Shown here in pieces: positions 43,501-56,275 of a stretch of 64,000 nucleotides of DNA. The notes below the pieces were generated by a model, which was not told the DNA's origin, made no database searches, and saw nothing but the letters and a program-made list of their open reading frames with translations. Each line of letters opens with the position of its first letter. Position 1 is the stretch's first letter. The stretch lies in assembly GCA_965222795.1 (NCBI GenBank), contig OZ244972.1, positions 3,709,231-3,773,230 of the forward strand. The letters are read 5' to 3'. Made by a program: the position numbers and the translations under genes. Source of the stretch: Rhodospirillales bacterium. GTDB taxonomy: Bacteria; Pseudomonadota; Alphaproteobacteria; Kiloniellales; CBDCUY01.

Positions 43501-44747
43501 ACGAACGGGCGCTCGCCATTGAACGGGCGGAAATCGAGCGCCTGGCCAAGGACCGGGATGACGAAAAGGCCATTCTTGAACGCAGCTTCTATGGCCGCTT
43601 GAAAGACCTGATCGTCAACCAAGTGGCGGTCAGCGGTCCGGATGAGATGGAACCTGACATCAAGATCACGGAAAAGGTCCTGTCCGATTACACGCCTGGG
43701 CAGTGGCGCCGGATCGCCGTCAAGAATGACAAGCGCATGGCGGATATCGAGGCCTTGAAGCGTCAGTTCGACGACTCGATCGGTGAGTTGACCAAGCGCT
43801 TCGAAAACAAGGTCGACAAGATCCAGCGCGGCGACGAGCTGCCGCCTGGCGTCATGAAGATGGTGAAGGTTTTCGTGGCCGTCAAACGTAAACTCCAACC
43901 CGGCGATAAGATGGCCGGTCGCCATGGTAACAAGGGCGTCATTTCCAAGATCGTGCCGATCGAGGACATGCCCTATACGGAAAACGGCACTCCTGTCGAC
44001 ATTGTGCTGAATCCGCTGGGTGTGCCAAGCCGCATGAATGTCGGGCAGATCCTGGAAACCCATCTCGGCTGGGCTTGCGCCGGTATGGGCCGGCAAATTG
44101 GCGAGATCCTTGACAACGTGCGGCGTCACGGCAAAACGCAAGACCTAAAATCCAAGCTTAAGGAAATCTATGGAGAAGAGGCCTACAAGGTTGAGATTGC
44201 CGATCTCAGCGACGAAGAGCTCTTGGAACTAGCGGCCAATCTCGAACCGGGTATCCCGATCGCCTCGCCGGTCTTCGATGGTGCGCGCGAAGAGGATATC
44301 GTCGAAATGCTCGATCAGGCGGGTGTCCGGTCATCCGGCCAGGCGGTGCTGGTCGACGGGCGGACCGGCGAGCGCTTCGATCGGGAAGTTACGGTCGGCT
44401 ATATCTATATGCTCAAATTGCACCATCTGGTCGACGATAAGATCCATGCGCGCTCCATTGGTCCCTATAGCTTGGTGACCCAACAGCCCTTGGGTGGCAA
44501 GGCGCAGTTCGGCGGCCAACGGTTTGGCGAGATGGAGGTTTGGGCATTGGAGGCCTACGGCTCTGCCTACACCCTGCAGGAGATGCTGACGGTGAAGTCG
44601 GACGATGTCTCGGGGCGAACCAAGGTCTATGAAGCCATTGTCAAGGGCGACGACAATTTTGAGGCCGGTATCCCTGAGTCCTTCAACGTTTTGGTTAAAG
44701 AGTTGCGCTCGCTCGGCCTCAATGTGGAATTGAAGCAGGGTGGCTGA
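40581..44747 (+). CDS. rpoB: DNA-directed RNA polymerase subunit beta
   Basis: 1388 aa from ATG 40581 ([16 protein letters not shown]). The ORF-track start at 40521 is an extension. Confidence 0.98.
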   Translation: MSRSYTGRKRIRKRFGRIAEVTEMPNLIEVQKTSYDHFLQMDVPFAERSMVGLQEVFSSVFPIRDFSERAELQFVSYELEEPKYDVEECQQRGMTYAAPLKVTLRLVVWDVDEDTGSRSIRDIKEQDVYMGDMPLMTPNGTFVINGTERVIVSQMHRSPGVFFDHDRGKTHSSGKYLFAARVIPYRGSWLDFEFDAKDLVYVRIDRRRKLPATTLLLALDGAETEALRAARQAEGKTLEAHEAQGMTFEEILDTFYEKVSYRKAEGGWSTPFDGERARGSKLTSDLVDAKSGKTLAEVGTKLTPRLIRKLKEDGLEDQLVSPEELLGRFLAIDFVNMETGEVMAEAGDEITDELLKALLGAGYDDVPTLAIDPVHKGPYMRNTLALDKNATREDALIDIYRVMRPGEPPTLETAEALFSSLFFDSERYDLSAVGRVKMNSRLSLQADDTIRVLRKQDILLILKILCDLKDGQGEIDDIDHLGNRRVRSVGELMENQYRIGLLRMERAIRERMSSVEIDSIMPHDLINAKPAAAAVREFFGSSQLSQFMDQTNPLSEITHKRRLSALGPGGLTRERAGFEVRDVHPTHYGRICPIETPEGPNIGLINSLATYARVNQYGFIESPYRRVDDGKVSEEVIYLSAMDEGRYMIAQANAERDEDGRLLEDLISCRKGGEYLLARREDVELIDVSPKQLVSVAAALIPFLENDDANRALMGSNMQRQAVPLLQSEAPLVGTGMEETVARDSGVAIAARRSGVIDQVDATRIVIRVTEETSSGEQAVDIYNLLKFQRSNQNTSITQRPLVKVGEEVERGDIIADGPSTQLGELALGRNALVAFMPWQGYNFEDSILISERVVRDDVFTSIHIEEFEVMARDTKLGQEDITRDIPNVGEDALRNLDEAGIVYIGAETQPGDILVGKVTPKGESPMTPEEKLLRAIFGEKASDVRDTSLRVPPGVSGTVVEVRVFSRRGVEKDERALAIERAEIERLAKDRDDEKAILERSFYGRLKDLIVNQVAVSGPDEMEPDIKITEKVLSDYTPGQWRRIAVKNDKRMADIEALKRQFDDSIGELTKRFENKVDKIQRGDELPPGVMKMVKVFVAVKRKLQPGDKMAGRHGNKGVISKIVPIEDMPYTENGTPVDIVLNPLGVPSRMNVGQILETHLGWACAGMGRQIGEILDNVRRHGKTQDLKSKLKEIYGEEAYKVEIADLSDEELLELAANLEPGIPIASPVFDGAREEDIVEMLDQAGVRSSGQAVLVDGRTGERFDREVTVGYIYMLKLHHLVDDKIHARSIGPYSLVTQQPLGGKAQFGGQRFGEMEVWALEAYGSAYTLQEMLTVKSDDVSGRTKVYEAIVKGDDNFEAGIPESFNVLVKELRSLGLNVELKQGG

Positions 44748-44781
44748 GTTGATGTGAGGAGCGGCGTGGGCCCAGCCATGA

Positions 44782-49011
<4,230 letters not shown>

Positions 49012-49036
49012 TTGACAACAGACGCGACGGAGTTTT

Positions 49037-49072
49037 GCGGGGCCCATAGGGGCCCCGCTTTCTTGTGGTTTT
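49037..49072 (+). terminator. Rho-independent terminator after rpoC
   Basis: Stem gcggggccc / gggccccgc with loop atag, followed by tttcttgtggtttt. Confidence 0.7.
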
Positions 49073-49166
49073 GCCTCGGATTACGAACGTCGCAGTGATG
49101 CCGGTCACTGCCTAAATTGTGCCACGGCTATAAGTTTTCCTGCCACAAAGGAATTGACAGGGAGCA

Positions 49167-49439
49167 ATGGCTATGGCGGCCGAGAAGCATGCCACGCACG
49201 TCCACTTCGCCGAGGTCACCGAAGGGGCGGAAGGCGAATTTTTGAAAGGTTGGATCGCCTCGGCACAGGGGCTGAGCCGCGAGCCTGGTCTGGCATCGCT
49301 GGAGCTTCGGGTGAGCCTGGACGCCGAGGGCCGACCGTGTTTCGCGACGGTCAGTCGGTGGTGCAGCCCTGAAGATTTTGACCGGGCAACCTCGTTGCCG
49401 GCTCTCGTAGATCCTTGCGGCGCGGCTGCTTATCCATAA
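49167..49439 (+). CDS. Hypothetical small protein (possibly ABM/Dabb-like fold)
   Basis: 90-aa product with GGGAG RBS. The loose pattern hV.FaEV..g.e.eF...w......glsrepGl.SleLrvSlD.eGrP.f.tVSrWcSPEdFdra resembles ABM monooxygenase domains. This is weak. Confidence 0.3.
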   Translation: MAMAAEKHATHVHFAEVTEGAEGEFLKGWIASAQGLSREPGLASLELRVSLDAEGRPCFATVSRWCSPEDFDRATSLPALVDPCGAAAYP

Positions 49440-49628
49440 AGGTGGAAGGAGTTCGAGAGTGGAGGGGGCTCCCATGGTAAAACCACAGCCGAAATACTGT
49501 GTTTTCCGCGCGGAAGACAGTGCGTTCGAGCCGATGACCGGGTATCGTGATTGACTGAAGATTCGCGATCTGGGCCTCAGTCGACATGCACTGGCAGGTC
49601 TGGCTCGCGGCCCTGATCCACCATCTCC

Positions 49629-50357
49629 TTAGCTCCAGGACCTTGGCCGGAGTCCGCCTTGGAACCAGGTCACCAGGTTGTAAACCGAAAAAGTGGGCCG
49701 CCCGGTTGCCGATTGTATGTCGGCGGCGTAGGGACACATGTTGGTGCACTCTAGCAGGATGGCGCCGACCTCTGGGTGGCGCGTCACCAGCGCCTTGGCG
49801 GCTTCCACATTGTCTTCGCGCGCCAGCGTCACGTCTAGGCTTGCTTCGTCATCCAGAATGACCCGACTGAATTCGCGTCCCTGTTCGGTGCCTTGGATCG
49901 GCGTATCCAGGGGCACGCCGGCGGCGCACAGGTGCGCCTCGGTCAAGGAAGCCGCGGAGATGGTTTGAATGCCCACCCTTTGGCCGGCCGGCAAGAGCGA
50001 TTGGATCATCGGCGCTTGCATGAGGGAGGAGGTCGCCACGGGGACTGACACGGCAGCCGTGATTTCGGCCTGAAAAAGCGAAAGAAAGCCGCAAGTTGTG
50101 GTCAGCCCATCAGCCCCCATGGTGACCAGCTCCTTGGCGGCGCTAATGAAAGCGGGGAGCAGGCCTTCGGCTCGATGACGCACCACGCGGTCAGGTGAGG
50201 CCTCGGGCACGACCCGGTAGTGAACCGGAAACGGCCAGGTGGTGGCGTTGCCGAGGTCCCCGGGAATGCGGGGAAATCGGGTCTCCAGCATCAGTATACC
50301 GACAGCGGCCCCATAGACGTTCTTGCCGCCGACCACTTTCTGTTGCTGAGCTAACAT
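49629..50357 (-). CDS. Asp/Glu/hydantoin racemase-family protein (arylmalonate decarboxylase / maleate isomerase-like)
   Basis: 242 aa from ATG 50355-50357 (MLAQQQKVVGGKNVYGAAVGILMLETRFPRIPGDLGN...). The two-lobed pattern with conserved Cys/Thr-rich loops suggests the family. Family call from memory only. Confidence 0.5.
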   Translation of the reverse strand: MLAQQQKVVGGKNVYGAAVGILMLETRFPRIPGDLGNATTWPFPVHYRVVPEASPDRVVRHRAEGLLPAFISAAKELVTMGADGLTTTCGFLSLFQAEITAAVSVPVATSSLMQAPMIQSLLPAGQRVGIQTISAASLTEAHLCAAGVPLDTPIQGTEQGREFSRVILDDEASLDVTLAREDNVEAAKALVTRHPEVGAILLECTNMCPYAADIQSATGRPTFSVYNLVTWFQGGLRPRSWS

Positions 50358-51106
50358 CGCCTTGCCTCTGCGGCTGTGGAGTTGGGAACATAAAGCCGAG
50401 AGTAGCCTTCGCGCACCGCCGCGGTGACCTCTTCGGCTCGTCGATGGATATGGTTTCGCATGCAATGTTCCGCAGCGGCTGCGTCACGCGCTGCGATCGC
50501 CTTGACGATGGCCCTGTGCTGTCTTTGCGTCAAGGGGCGGCGTGCCTCCATATGGATCCACCGCAGAAACCGCAGTCGTGCATTCAAATTCTCAAGCAGG
50601 CGATGCAGTTCGTTGTTCCCGGATAGAGCGACGATGCGCAGGTGAAAGGCTTCGTCCATGGACACCAGCTCTTCGATGCTGCGGCCGTTGTCCCCCGGCC
50701 CGGTTTCTCGCAGGAAAGTCGCCAAGGCGGCAATGTCATTGTCGGAGGCGCGTTGACAGGCAAGACGCGCAGACTCCGCCTCAATCGCCTCCCGCGCCTC
50801 GTAGAGATCAAGTATCTCGGCCGGCACCAGCGGCCTGCAGGAGAAGCCCTGGCCTTGGCAAAAACTGAGCAAGCCCTCCGCCACCAAACGATTTAACGCC
50901 TCACGCAGCGGAGTCCGGCTGACGCCCAGGTGAGTGGCAAGCGCCACCTCATTCATACGTTCGCCTGGCTTGAAGGTGAACGCGATGGCCTGTGCTTTAA
51001 TCAACTCGTAGACGCGGTCGACTTGGCTTTGTCCATTCGTGCCTTGCCTAGTCGAAGCTCCCTTCGGTCGCCGAGCCGGTAGGTTTCCTGCCTTGTCGTT
51101 TGCCAT
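50351..51106 (-). CDS. GntR-family transcriptional regulator (FCD subfamily)
   Basis: wHTH RVYELIKAQAIAFTFKPGERMNEVALATHLGVSRTPLREALNRLVAEGLL plus an FCD C-terminal domain. Divergent from the TPP-enzyme/TRAP genes. Confidence 0.85.
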   Translation of the reverse strand: MANDKAGNLPARRPKGASTRQGTNGQSQVDRVYELIKAQAIAFTFKPGERMNEVALATHLGVSRTPLREALNRLVAEGLLSFCQGQGFSCRPLVPAEILDLYEAREAIEAESARLACQRASDNDIAALATFLRETGPGDNGRSIEELVSMDEAFHLRIVALSGNNELHRLLENLNARLRFLRWIHMEARRPLTQRQHRAIVKAIAARDAAAAEHCMRNHIHRRAEEVTAAVREGYSRLYVPNSTAAEARRC

Positions 51107-51183
51107 GTCCCTCGCTGACTTTGATGGTCTTTCTCAAGTGCCTTTGAAGTGATCCATTGACATGAAAATACAAGGAAGAATAC

Positions 51184-51201
51184 TTTTCTGTATACAGAAA
51201 A
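51184..51201. promoter_or_regulatory. Perfect 18-bp palindrome TTTTCTGTATACAGAAAA, candidate GntR operator
   Basis: Located in the 128-bp divergent intergenic region between the GntR gene (start 51106) and the TPP-enzyme gene (51235). The core TGTATACA fits the GntR-type GT-N-AC operator architecture. Confidence 0.5.
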
Positions 51202-51234
51202 CTTCTTTGAGCCAGATGAGGCTCAAGCGATGCA

Positions 51235-52977
51235 ATGCGGAAGGATAATGCGGTGGTGGGTGATGAAGTCGGCGGGGGCGGGATTGGCGGCAATCAGCTC
51301 TCGGGAGCGGAAGCCTTGGTACGGCTGCTGGAAGGTCATGGCGTGCGTCATGTCTTTGGTCTCTGCGGTGATACCTCGCTACCTTTCTACGACGCCCTCT
51401 ACCGACTTGATCATAGCGTTGAACACATACTGACCCGAGACGAGCGATCCGCGGCTTACATGGCGGACGGCTACGCTCGGGTGACAGGGCGTGTCGGCGT
51501 TTGCGAGGGGCCATCCGGGGGCGGTGCTACCTACATTCTGCCGGGCCTGGTCGAGGCAAACGAATCCTCGGTGCCGGTGCTGGCGATCACCAGTGATGTT
51601 TCCACCACCTCTCATGGCCGCTATCCGCTCACCGAACTGGACCAGGAGGGACTTTTTCGCCCGCTCACCAAATGGAATGGAGTCATTCCCAGGTCCGAGA
51701 TGTTGCCCCGCATGGTGCGCCAAGCCTTTCGCGCCATGACCACGGGCAAGCCCGGGTCGGCTCATCTCGGTTTGCCGCTTGACGTGCAAAACGGGCCGGT
51801 AGCCGAAGAGGATGTTTGGGCCGATCCGGCACTCGGGCAATTCCCGGCCTGGCCAACGGCACCGGACTCCCGCGCCTTAGATGCCGCCATGGATGCCATT
51901 CTGTCGGCACAGCGGCCTTTGGTCATTTGTGGCGGCGGCGTGGTTTTGGCTGGCGGTGAGGCGGCATTGCAAGGCTTTGCCGAGCGCCTCGATATTGCCG
52001 TTGCCACTACAATTTCGGGACAGGGCAGCCTTGCGGAGACTCATCCCAATTGCCTCGGTGTGGTTGGCTCCAATGGTGGCGTGCCGGCAACCAGAGCCTT
52101 GGTGGCCGAAGCGGACCTGGTCGTCATGATCGGCTGTCGGGCGGGCTCGGTAACGACGGAGCGCTGGCGCTTTCCCAAGCCGGGAACCCGCATCGTTCAT
52201 ATCGATGTCGATCCAATGGTCATCTCAGCCTCTTACCCGACCGAAGTGGCGGTTGTCGGCGACGCGCGGCTTGCTCTTGAGGGCCTGAATGATTTGTTGG
52301 ACTCGACAGATAAGGGGGTAGGCGGGTTCGGCGGCGCGGCACGGGTGGCGGCGGCGAAGGAGGAGAAGTTCGCCCAGTTCAATCGGCTGGCCGGGAGCGG
52401 TGAAGTTCCCATTCGGCCCGAGCGCTTTGTCGCCGAGTTTAATCGGCTGTTAGACGAAGATATGGTGGTCGTTGCCGACCCCGGAACGCCTTGCCCATAC
52501 CTCTCGGCCTTCTTAAGCTTTCGACGTCCAGGGCGACGGTTTTTCTCCAATCGGGCGCATGGTGCCCTTGGCTATTCGATGGCGGCGGCTATGGGTGCTT
52601 ACTACGGCCGACCAGAATCGAAAATTATCTCGGTGATGGGCGACGGCAGTTTTGGCTTCACCTGTGGCGAACTTGAAACCGTGGTGCGCAAGAACCTGCC
52701 GATCACCTTCATCGTTCTGTCCAATAGTGTCTTCGGCTGGATTAAAGCGGGGCAGCGGGCCGGCTTTGACGCGCGGTATTTTTCGGTGGACTTCAGCGCC
52801 GGAGATCACGCCAAGGTCGCCGAAGCGTTCGGTGTGAAGGCCTTTCGAGTCAGTGAGCCCGATTCGCTGGCCGTTGCCCTGCAATCAGCTCTCTCCCACG
52901 GTGGTCCAAGTTTGGTCGACATCGTCACTCAACCACTGCACGAAGCGAAGGCGCCAGTCAGCGAGTGGGTAGCGTGA
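51235..52977 (+). CDS. Thiamine-pyrophosphate-dependent enzyme (acetolactate synthase large subunit-like)
   Basis: N-terminal Pyr domain GAEALVRLLEGHGVRHVFGLCGDTS...ILTRDERSAAYMADGYARVTG and a C-terminal TPP-binding GDGSF...N motif. 580 aa. The exact start is uncertain. Confidence 0.8.
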   Translation: MRKDNAVVGDEVGGGGIGGNQLSGAEALVRLLEGHGVRHVFGLCGDTSLPFYDALYRLDHSVEHILTRDERSAAYMADGYARVTGRVGVCEGPSGGGATYILPGLVEANESSVPVLAITSDVSTTSHGRYPLTELDQEGLFRPLTKWNGVIPRSEMLPRMVRQAFRAMTTGKPGSAHLGLPLDVQNGPVAEEDVWADPALGQFPAWPTAPDSRALDAAMDAILSAQRPLVICGGGVVLAGGEAALQGFAERLDIAVATTISGQGSLAETHPNCLGVVGSNGGVPATRALVAEADLVVMIGCRAGSVTTERWRFPKPGTRIVHIDVDPMVISASYPTEVAVVGDARLALEGLNDLLDSTDKGVGGFGGAARVAAAKEEKFAQFNRLAGSGEVPIRPERFVAEFNRLLDEDMVVVADPGTPCPYLSAFLSFRRPGRRFFSNRAHGALGYSMAAAMGAYYGRPESKIISVMGDGSFGFTCGELETVVRKNLPITFIVLSNSVFGWIKAGQRAGFDARYFSVDFSAGDHAKVAEAFGVKAFRVSEPDSLAVALQSALSHGGPSLVDIVTQPLHEAKAPVSEWVA

Positions 52978-53228
52978 TTGGAGCTGACAACTCGAAGAAA
53001 ATCCCATTGGTCCGCAAAAAATTTGTCGGGATAGAATCGATTTCCGCGAGAATTGGGGTATAAATCCTGGTATTTCGTATTCGATACGCGAGGCTCGGGG
53101 CCAACCGTGGGGGCTCGAATACAGAAACCCACAGTCTGCACCGCGCTAGGGAAGCCTATTGTTGGCGGCTGGCGGGCGTGATAGCCATGTGGCACGGAAT
53201 TTTTAAGCAGCCTTAGGGAGGCACTAAA

Positions 53229-54212
53229 ATGAAGCAACAGGCGTTCAAAGGAATTTTGGCCGCTGGGCTTGCGGTGGGTGTTTTGGCCCAGCCGGCCATC
53301 GCCGGCGAGAAGTGGGACATGCCCATGGCCTATGCCGACAGCAATTATCATTCGCAAACCGGCAAGGCCTTTGCCGCTTGTGTTGGACAGGCAACGGGAG
53401 GGGAGCTGGAAATCGTCGTCCATAGCTCTGGTTCGCTTTTCAAGGGCAATGAAATCAAGCGAGCAGTGCAAACCGGACAAGCACCCATTGGCGAGCGGCT
53501 GCTTTCGGCCCACCAGAACGAGAACGCGATTTTTGGCGTCGACTCAGTCCCGTTCCTGGCGGCCTCATTCGAAGATTCCGAACGTCTTTGGGAAGTGGCA
53601 AAGCCGACGATCGAAAGGATTCTTGAAGAGCAAAACCTTGTCTTGCTCTATTCAGTGCCCTGGCCGCCACAGGGTCTCTATTTCAAGAAGGAGGTTAACT
53701 CCATCGCGGACGCCCAGGGGGTGAAGTTCCGCGCCTATAATTCCGCCACTGCTCGGCTAGCGGAACTCGCCGGCATGCTTCCGGTTCAAATCGAAGCTGC
53801 TGAACTCTCTCAGGCTCTGGCGACTGGTGTTGCCGAAGGTTTCGTTTCGTCGGGGGCAACCGGTTTCGACCGCAAGGTTTGGGAACACTTGACCCATTTT
53901 TATGAAGTGAATGCCTGGCTGCCGAGAAACTCTGTCTTTGTCAACAAAGACTCTTGGGAAGATTTGGGCGATGCCACCCAGGCCGCCGTGCGAGGCTGTG
54001 CGGATCTGGCTGCCTATGCCGGCTACTGGCGTGCGGTGCAATATACCGACTGGACTCTCAACGGTCTCAGGAGCAATGGCATGAACGTCATTCCGGCCGG
54101 CGACCAGTTGCGCAACGATTTGAAAGGCATCGGCGAGACAATGACGACTGAATGGTTGGAAGCCGCTGGTGACGACGGCAAGGCCATTGTCGACGCCTTT
54201 AATTCCCAATAG
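53229..54212 (+). CDS. TRAP transporter substrate-binding protein (DctP family), second system
   Basis: Signal peptide MKQQAFKGILAAGLAVGVLAQPAIAG. GGGAGG RBS. Confidence 0.8.
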   Translation: MKQQAFKGILAAGLAVGVLAQPAIAGEKWDMPMAYADSNYHSQTGKAFAACVGQATGGELEIVVHSSGSLFKGNEIKRAVQTGQAPIGERLLSAHQNENAIFGVDSVPFLAASFEDSERLWEVAKPTIERILEEQNLVLLYSVPWPPQGLYFKKEVNSIADAQGVKFRAYNSATARLAELAGMLPVQIEAAELSQALATGVAEGFVSSGATGFDRKVWEHLTHFYEVNAWLPRNSVFVNKDSWEDLGDATQAAVRGCADLAAYAGYWRAVQYTDWTLNGLRSNGMNVIPAGDQLRNDLKGIGETMTTEWLEAAGDDGKAIVDAFNSQ

Positions 54213-54365
54213 AGAGCGAAAATACCCTGATTATAGAGCCCGTCTCCCTCATGAGACGGGCTCTAAGCTTATGTGTTAGATCTGGCGCGAGAAGAAGGAT
54301 TTGAATGTCGCCAACAAAACATTAAGCTGGGCACAGTCTTAGTCGATGTGGCAAGGGGGGATTGG

Positions 54366-54899
54366 ATGCACGGCGTGGCGCGGATTTTGCGGCGATTTCT
54401 GGACTTCGTTTACAATGTCTGCGGGGGAATTGCGGCACTTTTTCTGATCCTGATCCTTTTTACGATCCTCACTCAAATGTTGGCTCGTTGGACCGGCGAG
54501 ATTTTTCCGGGCTCCACCGATTACGCCGGGTACTTTATGGCCGCTGCTTCGTTCTTCGCGATGGCCTATGCCTTCAATCACGGCGCTCATATCCGCGTCA
54601 GTCTGTTTCTCTCTAAGCTCGGCGCCTACCGTCGTTGGGGCGAGATTTGGTGTTTTGGCATTGGCAGTCTCTTGGCGGGGTACTTCGCATTTTATGCCAT
54701 TAAGGCGGTCTATTGGTCGCGCAAGCTGAACGACATTAGCCAGGGGCAGGATGCCTTGCCGTTGTGGATACCGCAGCTTCCCATGGCGATCGGTACGACC
54801 GTTCTCACCCTTGCGCTCGTCGACCACCTCATCCGTATTCTCCTCGGTAACATGCCGGACCTCGGCGAGCATGCGGCCGAAGAACACCGGGCGGAGTAG
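54366..54899 (+). CDS. TRAP transporter small permease (DctQ family), second system
   Basis: 177 aa from ATG 54366 (AAGGGGGG RBS) with 4 predicted TM helices. The ORF-track start at 54273 is an extension. Confidence 0.75.
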   Translation: MHGVARILRRFLDFVYNVCGGIAALFLILILFTILTQMLARWTGEIFPGSTDYAGYFMAAASFFAMAYAFNHGAHIRVSLFLSKLGAYRRWGEIWCFGIGSLLAGYFAFYAIKAVYWSRKLNDISQGQDALPLWIPQLPMAIGTTVLTLALVDHLIRILLGNMPDLGEHAAEEHRAE

Positions 54900-54908
54900 G
54901 GGGCGACG

Positions 54909-56225
54909 ATGGAAGAATTGGCGCTAACCGGACTTTTTCTCTTCACTCTGTTTTTCTTGCTCGGGAGTGGCGTTTGGGTTGGCTTGGCGCTGCTCGGGGT
55001 TGCCTATGTGGGCATGAGCCTATTCACCAGCCGGCCCGCGGGCGATGCCATGATCACCACGATCTGGACTTCGTCCTCCAGTTGGTCGCTCACCGCTTTG
55101 CCGCTGTTTATCTGGATGGGCGAGATTCTTTACCGAACGCGGCTTTCTGAGGACATGTTCCGCGGCTTGGCGCCCTGGATGGCGCCGTTGCCGGGACGTC
55201 TCCTGCATACCAATATCGTTGGCTGCACCATATTCGCAGCCGTCTCCGGCTCTTCGGCGGCGACCCTGACCACAGTGGGCAAGATGTCGATCCCAGAGCT
55301 CAGGAAGCGCAAGTACCCGGAGCGCATGATCATCGGCACCCTGGCCGGGTCGGCAACCCTGGGCCTGATGATCCCACCGTCCCTGACCCTGATCGTCTAC
55401 GGCGTCACCATCAACGAGTCGATCTCCAAGCTCTTCATGGCGGGCATCCTGCCGGGGATCGTCTTGGCCAGCCTCTTCATGGCCTATGTGGTGTTCTGGT
55501 CCTTTACCAAAAGAGATGAGGTGCCGCCGCCGGAACCGCCGATGTCGTTTGCGAGTAGGATAAGAGAGGCGCGCTTCCTCATTCCGGTGATTTGCTTGGT
55601 GCTCTTCGTCATCGGCTCTATGTACATGGGCTATGCGACGGCGACGGAAGCGGCCGCCTTCGGTGTTGTCGGTGCCTTGGTGTTGGCGACGGTACAGGGC
55701 TCGCTCTCCCGCGCCACCTTTATGGAGAGCCTGCTGGGGGCGACCCGCACCTCCTGCATGATCGCCTTGATCTTGGCCGGCGCGGCCTTTCTATCACTCT
55801 CCATGGGCTTTACCGGGCTGCCCCGGGCGCTTGCAGCCTGGATTGATTCCCTTCAGCTCTCGCCCTATGTGCTGATCCTGGCCTTGATGATCTTCTACAT
55901 CATCATTGGTTGCTTCTTGGACGGCATCTCCTCGGTGGTGTTGACCATGGCGGTGGTCGAGCCGATGATCCGGCAAGCCGGCATCGATGTCATTTGGTTC
56001 GGTATCTTTATTGTCGTGGTGGTGGAGATGGCGCAGATCACGCCGCCGATCGGCTTCAACCTCTTCGTCCTGCAAGGCATGACCCGGCACGACATCACCT
56101 ACATCGCTAAGACCGCGATTCCCATGTTCATGTTGATGGTGGTCATGGTGTTCCTTCTGGTCGTCTTCCCGGATATTGCCACTTGGCTGCCGGAGAACAT
56201 GCGCCAAACGCCGGGCGGGGGATAG
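54909..56225 (+). CDS. TRAP transporter large permease (DctM family), second system
   Basis: 438-aa polytopic membrane protein directly after DctQ. Confidence 0.85.
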   Translation: MEELALTGLFLFTLFFLLGSGVWVGLALLGVAYVGMSLFTSRPAGDAMITTIWTSSSSWSLTALPLFIWMGEILYRTRLSEDMFRGLAPWMAPLPGRLLHTNIVGCTIFAAVSGSSAATLTTVGKMSIPELRKRKYPERMIIGTLAGSATLGLMIPPSLTLIVYGVTINESISKLFMAGILPGIVLASLFMAYVVFWSFTKRDEVPPPEPPMSFASRIREARFLIPVICLVLFVIGSMYMGYATATEAAAFGVVGALVLATVQGSLSRATFMESLLGATRTSCMIALILAGAAFLSLSMGFTGLPRALAAWIDSLQLSPYVLILALMIFYIIIGCFLDGISSVVLTMAVVEPMIRQAGIDVIWFGIFIVVVVEMAQITPPIGFNLFVLQGMTRHDITYIAKTAIPMFMLMVVMVFLLVVFPDIATWLPENMRQTPGGG

Positions 56226-56275
56226 CGGCATCAGCGACAAAGGGGGCATTCGAACCCTTTTCGACGCTTGCGATC

